From Craspedostauros australis (Eukaryota): 56,675 nucleotides of DNA. Positions 22,659 through 34,311 of the stretch are shown here, in pieces. The notes beneath the pieces were generated by a model. The model made no database searches. It was given only the letters and a program-made list of their open reading frames with translations, and had not been told where the DNA came from. Every line of letters begins with the position of its first letter. Within the stretch, counting starts at the first letter, position 1. Position numbers and translations under genes: made by a program. Location of the stretch: positions 1 to 56,675 of the forward strand of contig JALAGF010006401.1 of the NCBI GenBank assembly GCA_030167865.1, in the 5' to 3' direction.

Positions 22659-25154
22659 ATGAGCATGCACAGAAGGACCGTAGAGGATGCGTACGGCAGT
22701 CCACCAGCAACCTTCGATCAGTACCCTCATCAGCATCAACATCAGATGCATCACAATCGACAGCAACAGCATGGCTTGAATCCAAACTACGACCGCAACC
22801 AGCGAGACTATGATCGTTATGATCCCAGCCATCAGTATGACAACCAGAGCAACAACTACGATCCTCGTCATGATGCCAGCTACGCCAACACCTATGACAA
22901 CAACTATGATGGCAACTATGACAACAACTACGATGGCAACTACGATGGCAACAGCAGCCCCAGGGACAGCAACATGAACAGGCCTGCCATGCGCAACAAT
23001 CAGCACAGAGGCTTCCATGATGAGTCCAGTCCAAGCAGCCACAGCAACAAAGGCCAGGTCAGCCAGAACTACCGAACACAGAGCCGCCAAAGCCGTCCTT
23101 CGCATGTGGATGATGGGGATGACCGCCATGTCGGAATGATGATGAAGAAGCCCTCCAACGCGCAAACTGCCCGCGGTCCGAATCGCCCCAGGACCAACAG
23201 TGCCAATGCCATGAACACCAGTAACCACAGCAACACCAGAAGCAGAGACAACAGAGATGGCATGAACACCAGTAACCACAGCAACACCAGGGGCAGAGAC
23301 AACAGGCACAGAGGCATCCTGGTGGATCCGGATCGCCCAAGGCGCCGCATCCGCGATCGCAACGCTTCACTGCGATTCTCCAACGTCGAGCTCATCTTCT
23401 TTCCCACGACGGTCGGCGACACTCCCGTCATGCTGGGCCCGCCCATCACGATGGCATGGATTCCCAGCGATCTCTGCGTCCTCTCCATGGACGAGATGGA
23501 CCGCATCCAGCGCAATCCATCGGCCGCAGCCGCACCCGAAACGGACTTCGATGCCGACGACCTTGCGTACGGCCGCGGCACCATCCCGGACTTTGACGAT
23601 TACTACTCCGAAATGCACATGCAAATGCGTATCGACGGCCGACGTGACACGGCCGACAACGAGGTCGAGTGCATGCCGCTGTCGGCCAAACAGCGACAGC
23701 GCATACTGCGCAGCAACGGCGTCACGTGGGAGGCCATCCGCGAGGCCACGATGCAATCGCACGTCGTGCTGCAGCAGCGGTTGGAGACGAGGTTGCTGGA
23801 TCATCTCGATAACGTCTCGCAGTTCAAGACCCTCTTTTCTCCCACGGTGTTGCAAAGGCCCAAGCTGTCGCGCGAGGCCTTGTTGCGCCGGCGGCAGGCG
23901 CGAGAGAAAGAAGAAGCCATGCAGCAGATGAGTCCCAATGAGCCAATCATCACGGCGCGCCGCAATTCGGAGTACGATGAAAAGAAGATCGACGATCGTT
24001 CGCAGGATGATTTCAGCAGTCGGCCCTCCAAGCAGCAGCCCCTGTCGCAGTCCGAGTTGCTGTATCAAAAGATTCAGCAGCAAAAGCGTGAGCATGAGAT
24101 GCTCAAGAATCAGCAGCAGCAACTTTATGATCAGCAGCAGATGCAGTATGAGCAACAGCAAGCGCAGCTTTATGATCAAGAGTACGAACAACAGCAGCAG
24201 CTGCAATACGAGCAGGGATACGCGCAGGAATATCCGCAAACGCAAACGCATTACGATCAGGGTTACAACCAGGAATATCCAAACCAGCAGGCCTATGCAC
24301 AGGACTATCAGCAGCAACAGGAACAGGAGGAGCTGTACCAATATGAACTGCAACAGAAGCAACAACAGCAGGAACAGGAAGAGCTGTACCAGTATGAACT
24401 GCAACAGAAGCAGCAACAACAGGAACAGGAGGAGCTGTACCAGTATGAACTGCAGCAACAGCAGCAGCAGGCTGCCAGGATGATGAAGCCCATACTGTCG
24501 CCAGTCGCAGCCTCCATGGGAAGCAACGACGACGGCTCCTCCTCGCATGGAAGAGGAAGATCGTCCGGGCAACCGCAGGAGCGATCCAGAGGAAGGTCCC
24601 GCTCACGTCCCCGCAACGCCCGCCCCAAGACCATGAACAACGCCGCCAACAACCAGGATCTCCTGACCTCCTCCTCGCACCACAGGAAGGAGTTCGCCGA
24701 CGAGGAACCAACGCGCCCGCAGAAGCGCAATCAGAGCCGCGGTCGTGGACGCTCTCGCAGCCGTGCCGGCAAGCGCCTCGAGGTGGGTGTCAACGCGCGA
24801 CACAAATCCCCCGGCCGCACGAGACCGGATGCCACGCACGTGTCGGGAGGCGGCAGATCCCGATCGCGCGCACGACGCCGCACCTTGGTCTCATCCTCGG
24901 CCAAGGCCACCTTGAACAAGCGCATGGACGATCGCAGCAACGGATCGGATGAGTGGACCTTCGGTGGCGATGAAGTCGGCGATGTCTACGAGGTGGACAT
25001 GCCGCAACCGCAGCAGCAGCAACCACCACCGCAACGCGATGATGATACCGTCGGGATTGCCAGACGCATGCGGACCCAAAAGCGCATGTCGAAGCCACGA
25101 CGCGATCGCAGCGCCGAGCCGCGGTATCGTCCACGTTCCGCGGCCAAGTCGTAA
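22659..25154 (+). CDS. Q/Y/N-rich protein with RVxF/CSRNP-N-like domain (paralogue C)
   Basis: 831 aa. SLRFSNVELIFFPTTVGDTPVMLGPPITMAW...MPLSAKQRQRILRSNG...QQRLETRLLD, plus an RS-rich C-terminus. Confidence 0.85.
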   Translation: MSMHRRTVEDAYGSPPATFDQYPHQHQHQMHHNRQQQHGLNPNYDRNQRDYDRYDPSHQYDNQSNNYDPRHDASYANTYDNNYDGNYDNNYDGNYDGNSSPRDSNMNRPAMRNNQHRGFHDESSPSSHSNKGQVSQNYRTQSRQSRPSHVDDGDDRHVGMMMKKPSNAQTARGPNRPRTNSANAMNTSNHSNTRSRDNRDGMNTSNHSNTRGRDNRHRGILVDPDRPRRRIRDRNASLRFSNVELIFFPTTVGDTPVMLGPPITMAWIPSDLCVLSMDEMDRIQRNPSAAAAPETDFDADDLAYGRGTIPDFDDYYSEMHMQMRIDGRRDTADNEVECMPLSAKQRQRILRSNGVTWEAIREATMQSHVVLQQRLETRLLDHLDNVSQFKTLFSPTVLQRPKLSREALLRRRQAREKEEAMQQMSPNEPIITARRNSEYDEKKIDDRSQDDFSSRPSKQQPLSQSELLYQKIQQQKREHEMLKNQQQQLYDQQQMQYEQQQAQLYDQEYEQQQQLQYEQGYAQEYPQTQTHYDQGYNQEYPNQQAYAQDYQQQQEQEELYQYELQQKQQQQEQEELYQYELQQKQQQQEQEELYQYELQQQQQQAARMMKPILSPVAASMGSNDDGSSSHGRGRSSGQPQERSRGRSRSRPRNARPKTMNNAANNQDLLTSSSHHRKEFADEEPTRPQKRNQSRGRGRSRSRAGKRLEVGVNARHKSPGRTRPDATHVSGGGRSRSRARRRTLVSSSAKATLNKRMDDRSNGSDEWTFGGDEVGDVYEVDMPQPQQQQPPPQRDDDTVGIARRMRTQKRMSKPRRDRSAEPRYRPRSAAKS
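24318..24470 (+). repeat. Coding 51-bp tandem repeat x3 (QEQEELYQYELQQKQQQ)
   Basis: caggaacagga units start at 24318, 24369 and 24420. Confidence 0.9.
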
Positions 25155-25804
25155 AGTGAAGTAAAATCTATTGTGTTGCAATGTAATCAATGTACAATCA
25201 TGTATTGGAATGCAGTCCGAGCAATGAGGCAGATTGAGCAGAGCATGACATAGTTCGTACCAGCATCCAAGAGCGGTCCATCTGCCAGTTGAGTTACACG
25301 TGGCGACTGACCGTTTGTTTGGACCGTTTGATCAATGACGGTTTGAAGATACTATCTGCGCACGAAGCCTTCTTCGTAATTGGCGCAGAGTAGACTCGTG
25401 ACAAACAGGGCGCTTGTGACGTTTCGACGTAAAGCCTCACACGGATCCTGTTTGGATCCTGCTCGCGGCGAACGGCTTTTGAAATGTGCAACGAACGCGC
25501 ATTGAAGTCGCCAGTCGTCAAGGATCTCTCGAGTATGAAACAGCTCACTTCATTGGCACCGCAGCTGACACCTTCCTTGTGGTGGCGCCCGTTTTCACAA
25601 CTTGTTCGTTGGTGATTGCGCAGAGACCGGCGACTGGAGTATGTACTTTGCATGTACTCTATGCGGTCATGAGTGGCTCTCTCTCTCTCTCTCTCCTTGC
25701 TCGTCACTCGCTATGTCCACACATATCGCATAAACCACAGGACTCTGCTGTTCTTGTAGTATAACACTCTGTTCTCTCCACTCAATCTGTGTCAAACCAC
25801 CAAC

Positions 25805-26992
25805 ATGTATCAGCCTGCATCTGCCAAGTCTGCCTCTCCAAGACAGCCGCACTACGGCGACGACGGCGGCTTCATACGCGCCTCGCCATCCCATGACGGC
25901 AGCTTCGATACGCTCAGCGTGCTCGATGTCATCGGCGACGGTGACGACGACTATAACACGTACAACGACAGCGACGACAACGACACGCTGCCAACGCAAC
26001 GCACCTTCCATACGAGTACCAGCAACGACAAGACATTGCTCATGCCCACCATGATACGCCTGCCGTCAGAAGCCTTGCTCTCGTCGCCGCTGCGGCAAAA
26101 GCGATCGCCCGTGGCCGTCCACGATTTCGTCGACGCATGTGCCATGAACCAATCCAAGGACAATCTTGGATGCTGCGAATGGAATGCCGACGTTGGGCCC
26201 CTATCGGAACCACCATTTTGGGACCAACGGCAGCTGTCGGAGGAGCGCATCTGCGACGCTCTCGATAACGAGCATGAGTATGACCTGCACCACAAGGATT
26301 ACCAACACCGTCCTGTCGCTACCATCCACTTCCACGCCGAACGCCACGAAGACGATCCGCTTGACATTCGCAGCGAGAGTTGCGATGATAGCATCGACGA
26401 CAGCCACAGCGACTCCTCTTGCAGGCCACAGCTCGTGCGAAGGGATCCCGTGATCAGGCTTTGGCCGCAGTCAGACTACAGTCAAGTTGATGGTTCGTTC
26501 GCCACCATGCCGCAAACGTGCCCGCCACCCGTTCACTTCTCAACCGTCACGGTGCGAGAGATGCCGACCACTCTTGGAGTGGAGGAAGTCAAGGAAGGTC
26601 CTGCGCTTACCTTCGACTGGATGCCGCTTGCACAGTGGACCACGACCATCGACGATTACGAGTCGAACTACCACAGCCAGACGCACTGCGAGCATGACGC
26701 AGATCGTCTTCAAGAGGAGTCTGCCTGCGCCCATGGCTCCCGAGAAGGCGACGATGGAGACAAGGGGATCGGCAACTCTTGCGTCCGGCTCACCGCACAG
26801 CAACGGTACGACATCCTCATCGATCAAGGCATTCCAGACGATCTGATCAAGATGGGCATGGTGCAGTCGCAGGTCCTGCGCAATCAACGCACACAGACGA
26901 ACCTCCTGGATGCGATACAGGGTAGCGATCGGTCAATGCCCAGCTGCTTCGCAAGTACAACACAGCTGAACTGCGACATGGCGCGCACTTGA
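25805..26992 (+). CDS. RVxF/CSRNP-N-like domain protein (paralogue D)
   Basis: 395 aa. PVHFSTVTVREMPTTLGVEEVKEGPALTFDW...TIDDYE...RLTAQQRYDILIDQG...NQRTQTNLLD. Confidence 0.82.
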   Translation: MYQPASAKSASPRQPHYGDDGGFIRASPSHDGSFDTLSVLDVIGDGDDDYNTYNDSDDNDTLPTQRTFHTSTSNDKTLLMPTMIRLPSEALLSSPLRQKRSPVAVHDFVDACAMNQSKDNLGCCEWNADVGPLSEPPFWDQRQLSEERICDALDNEHEYDLHHKDYQHRPVATIHFHAERHEDDPLDIRSESCDDSIDDSHSDSSCRPQLVRRDPVIRLWPQSDYSQVDGSFATMPQTCPPPVHFSTVTVREMPTTLGVEEVKEGPALTFDWMPLAQWTTTIDDYESNYHSQTHCEHDADRLQEESACAHGSREGDDGDKGIGNSCVRLTAQQRYDILIDQGIPDDLIKMGMVQSQVLRNQRTQTNLLDAIQGSDRSMPSCFASTTQLNCDMART

Positions 26993-29900
26993 GCGCAAGG
27001 AGGAAATGCCCTGCGCACAAGCGGCTGCCTCTGCACTCGTTGAGAGAGGTAGACTCGGGTAGAATGCAGCAACACGCCACTTGTGCGGACGCACCCAAGC
27101 CTACAATAAGATAAACTATTCTAGAATGTGCGGAAGTTAGAGAGAAGCGAAGATGTTGCCTCTTGTATTATATGACCTAAGTGCGGTAACGAGAGCATTT
27201 GAGCAATCTCTCTCTCTCTGTCTTTGGAGAGAGTACCATGGGTTGCGGTGGATGGACGAGGTATGCCTCTCACTAGACAAAGAAATATGCTATTGTGTTC
27301 TTAAGTCTTGTATATTAGTGATTGGATTATCCACGACCTGTTTTCGCGCCAACAACGAATCACCTGCGATGCTCGCCACTCAACCAACATCGGCTGGTTC
27401 CAGGACAACCATCACACAGAGTGAACGGAGCGTTGTCCCAATTCCGAATCAGAAATGTCAACTCGGATGAACCGACAAGGACGAGAACAGCGGGGACGAT
27501 CGCGCGGAACTGTTTGGCGCTTCGTTCCAAAGAAGAGAACAAGCCATCAACTTCGCCAAGAACTGCTCGATTCACGAAGGCGCCACCATCGCCAACGCTC
27601 GTTGCGGCTGGCGCTCAAGCACAAAGGTCGCGCAGTGATACGAAAGCATCACGCCTTCGGGCCCAAGGTGAGCCGATCGTGAGTGATCATGACACCGCAA
27701 GAGATGCGCCCTTTTGGGACAACTCAGCGGTGTCGCATGTCACAAATTGAAGCGTGCGCATTGCGCCACAGGGAGCTGCTGTTCTGTGTTGCTGTTTGTC
27801 GACCATCGGACCCGTCAGCAACGCCCATTGTTGGATCATTGTCGTTGCCAGACGCCGTGGGTATGTCACGTGAACACGGGTACGTACTCGTAGTTCACTT
27901 GTTGTCTTTCCAGGCGCATCCATCCGAACGCAAACAGTCAGGTCAAATGCTGCGCCATTTACTGTACTGACGCATTCGGGTGCGCGCACTCGGCAACACA
28001 GCAGCTCCGCAAACACAACATCAAGAACCACTGATCTCCGAGCATCAGTTTCCCTTGTGATGGCTTCATCAGTCATTGAGTGAGGGCGACATTGGGAGTT
28101 GGTCCCTACGCCAAATCGGTTGAGTGGGGCTGGCAGGAAACTGAATTTCTGGGTTCTACCGCCCCAGGCTTCAGAGTATTCTACTCATTCTGTACTTGGT
28201 GTTGCATCACGCCACCGGACCAAGGTCACCCAAGCAGGTGGTGGGAAGAAAAGACGATGACTGCGTATAGCCATTGTGGACAGTAGAAAGCGCTTGTGGT
28301 ACATGTGCACGCCGAAAAGGCTTCGAGTAGAGAGAGAGAGAGAGAGAGCAGTTGTGCAAGGATTCCTCGATGTGCATTCAATCACAAGAAGGGCAGGACC
28401 ATGGAGGTGGGCGAGCAGGCATAGCGACTTCGTCAACTCATCCAGTGCGCGTCTTTCGGGGTTCTACGCGTACGCAGGAAGCGCAAAGTTCAACGTTGAT
28501 CATGAGATGTGCAAGGTTGAACGTGATGGTGCAGCCACATGTCGCAAACACATTTTGCACCCAAACCATGACGATCACGTCCAATGACCAATCCTCCTTC
28601 ACCACCATACTCACAATGTATCACAAGGAGGGACGACTGACTGTTGGGCCCATTCGAGGGATTGTATTTGCATGCGGACAAGAACCAAAGCCAAGAACGG
28701 CACTGTCATCGTCACTCACGGTTGTCTTCTGCCATGCCGTTTGGGGACTCGTTCATGGACATCCGATTCTGGACATGCTTGAACAAGCGCACAGGTGCAG
28801 ATTGTGTCTTAAGTGAATGTTCTGAATAGGAAAAGAGAATTGGGCTCCGATCTATGAGGGCATCCATCTCGCCTTTGGTGCCGTTTCTGGACAGGGAACG
28901 AATTTGTCGCAACCCAATGCAGATTCGTTCCATTCAGACTTTCGTGTTCTTTCCACAAGATGAATGATGAACTACAGGATGGAGAGAGCACTGAATGTGG
29001 ATCATGTCACCATTCGACGAGCTTCATTCATCGACACGAAGATGCCCAGATGCGTGCTGTAGCACAAATCAGCTTTGTGTACTTGCCGACATTCACCCTC
29101 GCCATTCGTTGGCGATGCGAGCATACTGTAGGTGATGGCATCCAAATGGAGTTCTCCTCCTGCCTGCGAAGGCATCACTCAATTCGGACAAGGAGGTCAT
29201 CTCTGCGATAGCTCGAGATCCTGCCGCGGGGCGAGAAAGATCCTTTCTTTACTCTGTTTCCAGTTTGCTCTCCTGTCGTACTAGACATGTACTACTATGG
29301 GTAAGATTGGGCATACGAACCACAGGTGGAGATCGATGTCTTCCAAGTTTGGAGATCGTTGGTTTGTGCCGCATCTCTCCGTTCCCCATTCTTGAACGCC
29401 TCCATGTCATACCGGCAGTCGTTCAGAGTTGGCATAAATGAATGGCACCCTTGCTCGGCGAATCGAATGTACCTGTGTCTTCATCTCGTCGTCGATGACC
29501 TCTCGAGGAACGTCTTTTGGAATTGATTGGGCACCGATGGTTGCTTCTGCGTCCGCTGTGGATGGAAGCCCCAGCATTCAGCATGCTTTCGTCTTAGCTG
29601 CAACTCCTCATCTCCTTCACCTTCTCGGAGGGTGATAGAATAGACGGCAGTGCACTAATGCTCTTCCACACCGCGGAAGTTCACGAGTGCCTTGGAATTG
29701 GATGCTGTTCGCCTTGGGCAGGGCCGCCTACTAGTTGATTGACTTGGCCGATGTGTATGGTATCACTGCAGGCTTGACTCTGCGGTACACAGGGAACGCT
29801 CAGCGATCGGCTGGTATGGGATGATCGCCATTTCATTGGGCTTCGGGCACGGAAACTTGTGATCTGTTCCTTCCTCATGGCTGCATTCGACTGTCGTTTG

Positions 29901-30542
29901 CTTCTCCTCATCGCTTCCGTCGCCCTCTGGTTTTCGTTCTCCTTCACTGAACGTTTCGTCTCACCGACCATCTCATTTCGAGCTTTTACTTCATGACCCT
30001 GGTCATCACTCAATGCTCCCAATTCGTAGATTCTTGTGGGTATCGTACCGAGCCATGAGGTCATCATCGAGAGCATTGACGATCAGGCCGACGAGCTTCA
30101 CTTGTTCAGCTGCATGCCATGTCAGGGTCTTCTCCAGTGTGCGCGGACGAGCCATGATGCTGAAACATCTCCAGTCCATGCGCGACATCTCCTTCGGTGA
30201 TGGATTCATCATTTCAAAGCTGTTTGGTCTCATAATATTGGATCGCCCAACACTAATCGGTGAGTCGCTGATGAGGGGCAATGATTCAGCCGCACGTATC
30301 AATAACCATGTGGCCGATCGCGATCGTCTTACCCAGCATGAATGCGAGTGCGAATCATTTATCATCTGACGGCGAGGATGGGAACGCTGGTGGGTGCTCG
30401 TCGTCAGACTCCATCGAGCACAAATGCGGCGTCATGCTATCACTGCCCCCAACTGTGCCGATCATCCATCTACCCGCGAATAGAAGTTGGTGGGCCATTG
30501 ACTTTCGCACAGCAGCGTGGCTTCGTCCCTCTTTCCATCTCA

Positions 30543-30620
30543 TCAATGTACCAATGTGTCAATGTACCAACGTGTCAATGTACTAACGTGTCAATGTACT
30601 AACGTGTCAATGTACCAATG
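30543..30620. repeat. 16-bp tandem repeat, ~5 copies (TCAATGTACYAAYGTG), ~230 bp upstream of the GMC gene
   Basis: Units start at 30543, 30559, 30575, 30591 and 30607. Confidence 0.9.
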
Positions 30621-30850
30621 CACCGCTTCTCACCATCCCCATTGTTTCCCCACTCACCCAATACTCCAAATCCTGCCATTACCATCACTCTCACTCTCAC
30701 CGTCTCCATCTTCATCCTCGCCATACAAGGATACAAACAGAGGACCCTTACCTTCGAGTAACATCCCTCCACTTCCTTCCCATACTCACCTCACCTCACT
30801 CCACCACACTGCACCGCACCGCACCATAACACACCAGACTGCCATCAAAT

Positions 30851-32521
30851 ATGACCTTCAAGCCATCTCCACTCACCACCATCATCGGATGGATCGCCGC
30901 CATCTCCGTTCTGTCCCTCGTGCCCATCAAAACGGTCAACGCCAACATTCCAATACAGGAGTACGACTACATCGTCGTGGGAGCCGGTAGCGCTGGAAGC
31001 ATCGTGGCCTCGCAGCTCGCCAACCAAGGCAACGACGTGCTCGTCATCGAAGCCGGCGGGGATGAGTACGACCCTGCCATCGAAAACATGAGGCAGTACT
31101 TCAACGTGGCCTTCAACACTCCAGACTTCGGATACCTCACCTGGCCGTACCGCAGCACCGAGCAGCAGCCATTCGGATCCACCAACAACCTCACCTTCGC
31201 CTTGCCCCGGGGCAGACTCCTCGGTGGATCCCACTCCATCAATGCGGCCGCCTTCACCACGGGACATAGGGATGACTTCGACATGCTCGCCGCCACCCTC
31301 AACGACGATGACTGGAACTGGCAGTCAATCGTCAAGTTCGTGAAGCGCCTGCAGCGCAAGCTCGACATCGTCCGCTTCGACGAGAACAACCAGATCGGTG
31401 GTCAGGAGTACGTGGAGTCAGCCGAGAGGGTGCTCGGCTTCAACTTCAACAGGAACAAGTGCGAGCGTGGAAAGCAGAACGGTATCTGCCCCGCCTTGTG
31501 GACTGGATCCATCGATGAGAACGGCCTGGCCACCCGCAGCACGTCGTACGACGCCTTCCTGGAGCGCCTCGTTGGCGGCAACAAGGTCGATCTCGTGACC
31601 TTCCATCAGGTGGAGAAGCTGGTGTTCGACAACGTGGATCTCACCAAGGTGATCGGCGTCAAGGCCATCAACACCCGCTCCATGTTCTCCACCGAGTTCC
31701 GCGCCCGCAAGGAGGTCATCCTGTCCAGCGGGACGTACAACACCCCGCAGATCCTCATGCTGAGTGGCATCGGTCCTGCCCAGGCCTTGCAGCAGCTCAA
31801 CATTCCAGTCGTCGTGGACTCGCCAGGCGTGGCGCAGAACCTCCGCGATCACTACTGCACCTTCACCACTTGGAATCGCGTGACGTTGGCTGAGGATTCT
31901 CCCTTCCTCTTCCAAAGCCCCGTCTTCAACTTCTTCGGTCCCGAGACTAACACCCAGACCAAGTACCAGTTCCAGATCTCTGGCACGTTCGGCTCCGTCC
32001 TTCACTTTCGTGCGCAGAGCGTCGGCGAAGTCAGGGTGCTGTCCACCGATCCGATGGTGCCGGTGGAGATCGATCCCAACGTGGTCTCCACCCCTGCCGA
32101 CCTCCAGGCCCTCGTGGATGGATTGAAGGACTTCATCCTCCCGTTCTTCGGCGACCTCGTGAACAAGGGGATCCTGTCCGTCGGATCGTTGGATCCTGCC
32201 TCCACGGAGCAAGAGATCCGCGACTACATCCTGAACGGCAACATCCTGAGCAGCCACCATGCTGTCGGCACGTGCAAGGTGGGACCGGACAGCGATCCGA
32301 TGGCGGTCGTGGACTCTGACTTCAAGGTGCGAGGTGCCACGAACCTCCGTGTTGTGGACGCATCCGTGTTCCCCGTGGTCCCTTCGTCCAACACCAACTC
32401 TCCCACCATGTCGATCGCCTTGTTGGCTTCGGAGAAGCTGATGGGTGGCGATTTCTACAATGCCATCAATGGTGTAAATGAGACTGAGACCAGTGGCCGT
32501 CGCCACTTGCGTCGCGCATAG
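30851..32521 (+). CDS. Secreted GMC (glucose-methanol-choline) oxidoreductase
   Basis: Signal-peptide-like N-terminus, YDYIVVGAGSAG FAD motif, RGRLLGGSHSIN, EVILSSGTYNTPQILMLSGIG, NLRDH, catalytic HAVGTCKVG, and LRVVDAS...SSNTN. No intron. Confidence 0.95.
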   Translation: MTFKPSPLTTIIGWIAAISVLSLVPIKTVNANIPIQEYDYIVVGAGSAGSIVASQLANQGNDVLVIEAGGDEYDPAIENMRQYFNVAFNTPDFGYLTWPYRSTEQQPFGSTNNLTFALPRGRLLGGSHSINAAAFTTGHRDDFDMLAATLNDDDWNWQSIVKFVKRLQRKLDIVRFDENNQIGGQEYVESAERVLGFNFNRNKCERGKQNGICPALWTGSIDENGLATRSTSYDAFLERLVGGNKVDLVTFHQVEKLVFDNVDLTKVIGVKAINTRSMFSTEFRARKEVILSSGTYNTPQILMLSGIGPAQALQQLNIPVVVDSPGVAQNLRDHYCTFTTWNRVTLAEDSPFLFQSPVFNFFGPETNTQTKYQFQISGTFGSVLHFRAQSVGEVRVLSTDPMVPVEIDPNVVSTPADLQALVDGLKDFILPFFGDLVNKGILSVGSLDPASTEQEIRDYILNGNILSSHHAVGTCKVGPDSDPMAVVDSDFKVRGATNLRVVDASVFPVVPSSNTNSPTMSIALLASEKLMGGDFYNAINGVNETETSGRRHLRRA

Positions 32522-32924
32522 TGGTCGCTATATTGGTCGAAGGCGGTGGCCTTGTGGTCGTTGTGGTGGTGATTGGATGTGACCTGTTGTTTCGTTCGCA
32601 ACTTCAACACATCACCCTGTGAAGGAAAGAAGAAAAACAACAACAACAACAACGGGAACGGCACAAGTGCCAATCACCATCACCATCACACCACCACTCT
32701 GCAACATTTTCAACCACAGGAACAGCCACACCACCAACGGCGAAATCGCGGACGAGAATCGACATGTCACACAAGAATGAGAACATGATGAAGTGTTGGA
32801 CAAAGAATGTCAATGGAGGACAAAAAAAGAGAAGTTCGGTTCGCTTTGTGTGGATCGAAACGAACACAGAATCCGAAATGAATAGGTACATGATTAGTTT
32901 TTTAGCTGTTGTCGATATGTGTGC

Positions 32925-32966
32925 CACGAGCTATGTATGTGTATGCACGAGCTATGTATGTGTATG
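32925..32966. repeat. 21-bp direct duplication (cacgagctatgtatgtgtatg x2)
   Basis: Two adjacent identical copies. Confidence 0.8.
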
Positions 32967-34311
32967 GCGTTGCCGCTGCATGGATACAGACAGTCATTTC
33001 GATCAGCAAACAGACATGGACATGTTGCTATCAAACAGACATACCAAACAGACGACAAAGAGTGTCCTACTTGGATGGACCAAAGTGTAGTTGTTTGTCC
33101 AGCTTTGTGGAGGACCTTTGTGGATGGAGATTACGCCGAGGCGCGGGGGAGGGATCAGGATGTCAGTGTCGACCTTATCTCAGCCTCTTTCATTCGCGTT
33201 TGAGGCGATGAGCCAACATTGATGCCAGGAAAGTTGAAATCGCTTTGGTTGTCTTCGTTCAGGCTGTTCTTCTCACGGCAGGTCGGAACAGGATGTCGAA
33301 GCGATTGCATTGTTGGAGATTCTGATGGATATAATGGAACTGTCCACTGCGAGACGAAGAGATATTGGTGGAGCACGCGCATGGGTACTTTGCCGTAGAG
33401 AAGGACTTATTGTTCATCAAATGAGTCGGGAACAATTGAATGCAATCATGCGACATTGCAACGACCGATGCGCGTGGCGAAGGAAACTGGGCCATTCGCG
33501 TCGCGAGTTTGCATGCCACTGCATCCCAGCACAAGGTCAGGAAAGTCGGTGGGTCGGGATGATACCGGCGCTAAGCGCACATCTTTGGTTGATGCAGACA
33601 TGTGACTCCCTAATAGGTCGTAGTTTGGTGCTCTTGGGAAGTTCGAACATTGGGTCCATCATTTTCTCGCGGAACGTACGAACAGGTACGACTATGCATA
33701 ATAAATAGTCAATGACGCGACCAATTTCGCTCCCTTTGAGTCTTCCGTTATCGCCACCACGATCATTATGACTAATGACTCGTCCCCACTATCGTTCCCA
33801 TCATCGTCATTGGCGCATTGGCGCATCGGCACACAGTGATCCATTGGCCTTTCGGTCCGTCTTGGGATTCTATGAAGATGTTTTGGCAGTTGGCACGAAA
33901 GAAAACAGGAAGCGCCACATTATTCGTCCATCCTCTGAGCATCACAACATCCGATCCACTCGCAATTCTAGTAGTTGCCACACGGACGTAATCAGTTGTA
34001 CACACAAGTGAGGCTTCGATGTGCATCCGTAACTCTCTCGTGCTTTACACTCCGTACTTTACACTCTCCATACTCATAGTCATACTCTTGCAGTTCCAGT
34101 GCAAATAGTGATCAATCCAAGAAGAAAGGCAACAGTCTCACACTCCGATCAAAAGGCTCATACTGTTCTATTTTATATCGCAGCACTCGTGCGAGTACTT
34201 GTGCGTCCGACACCGCAAGGAAGAGTCCCCCATACCACACCCACCAACGCAGCACCTCACGCACAACCATCACACACACGCCTCCGATCCGACACACCCG
34301 CTATCGCCAAG

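Noticed and set aside
11670..28348. Microsatellites (GGAA)n ~11670, (GGAT)n ~20432, (CT)n ~25677, (GA)n ~28329
   Set aside because: Ordinary simple repeats with no further structure
34099..34311. N-terminal extension of the GPCR ORF
   Set aside because: GTG start in a eukaryote; the first ATG is at 34312
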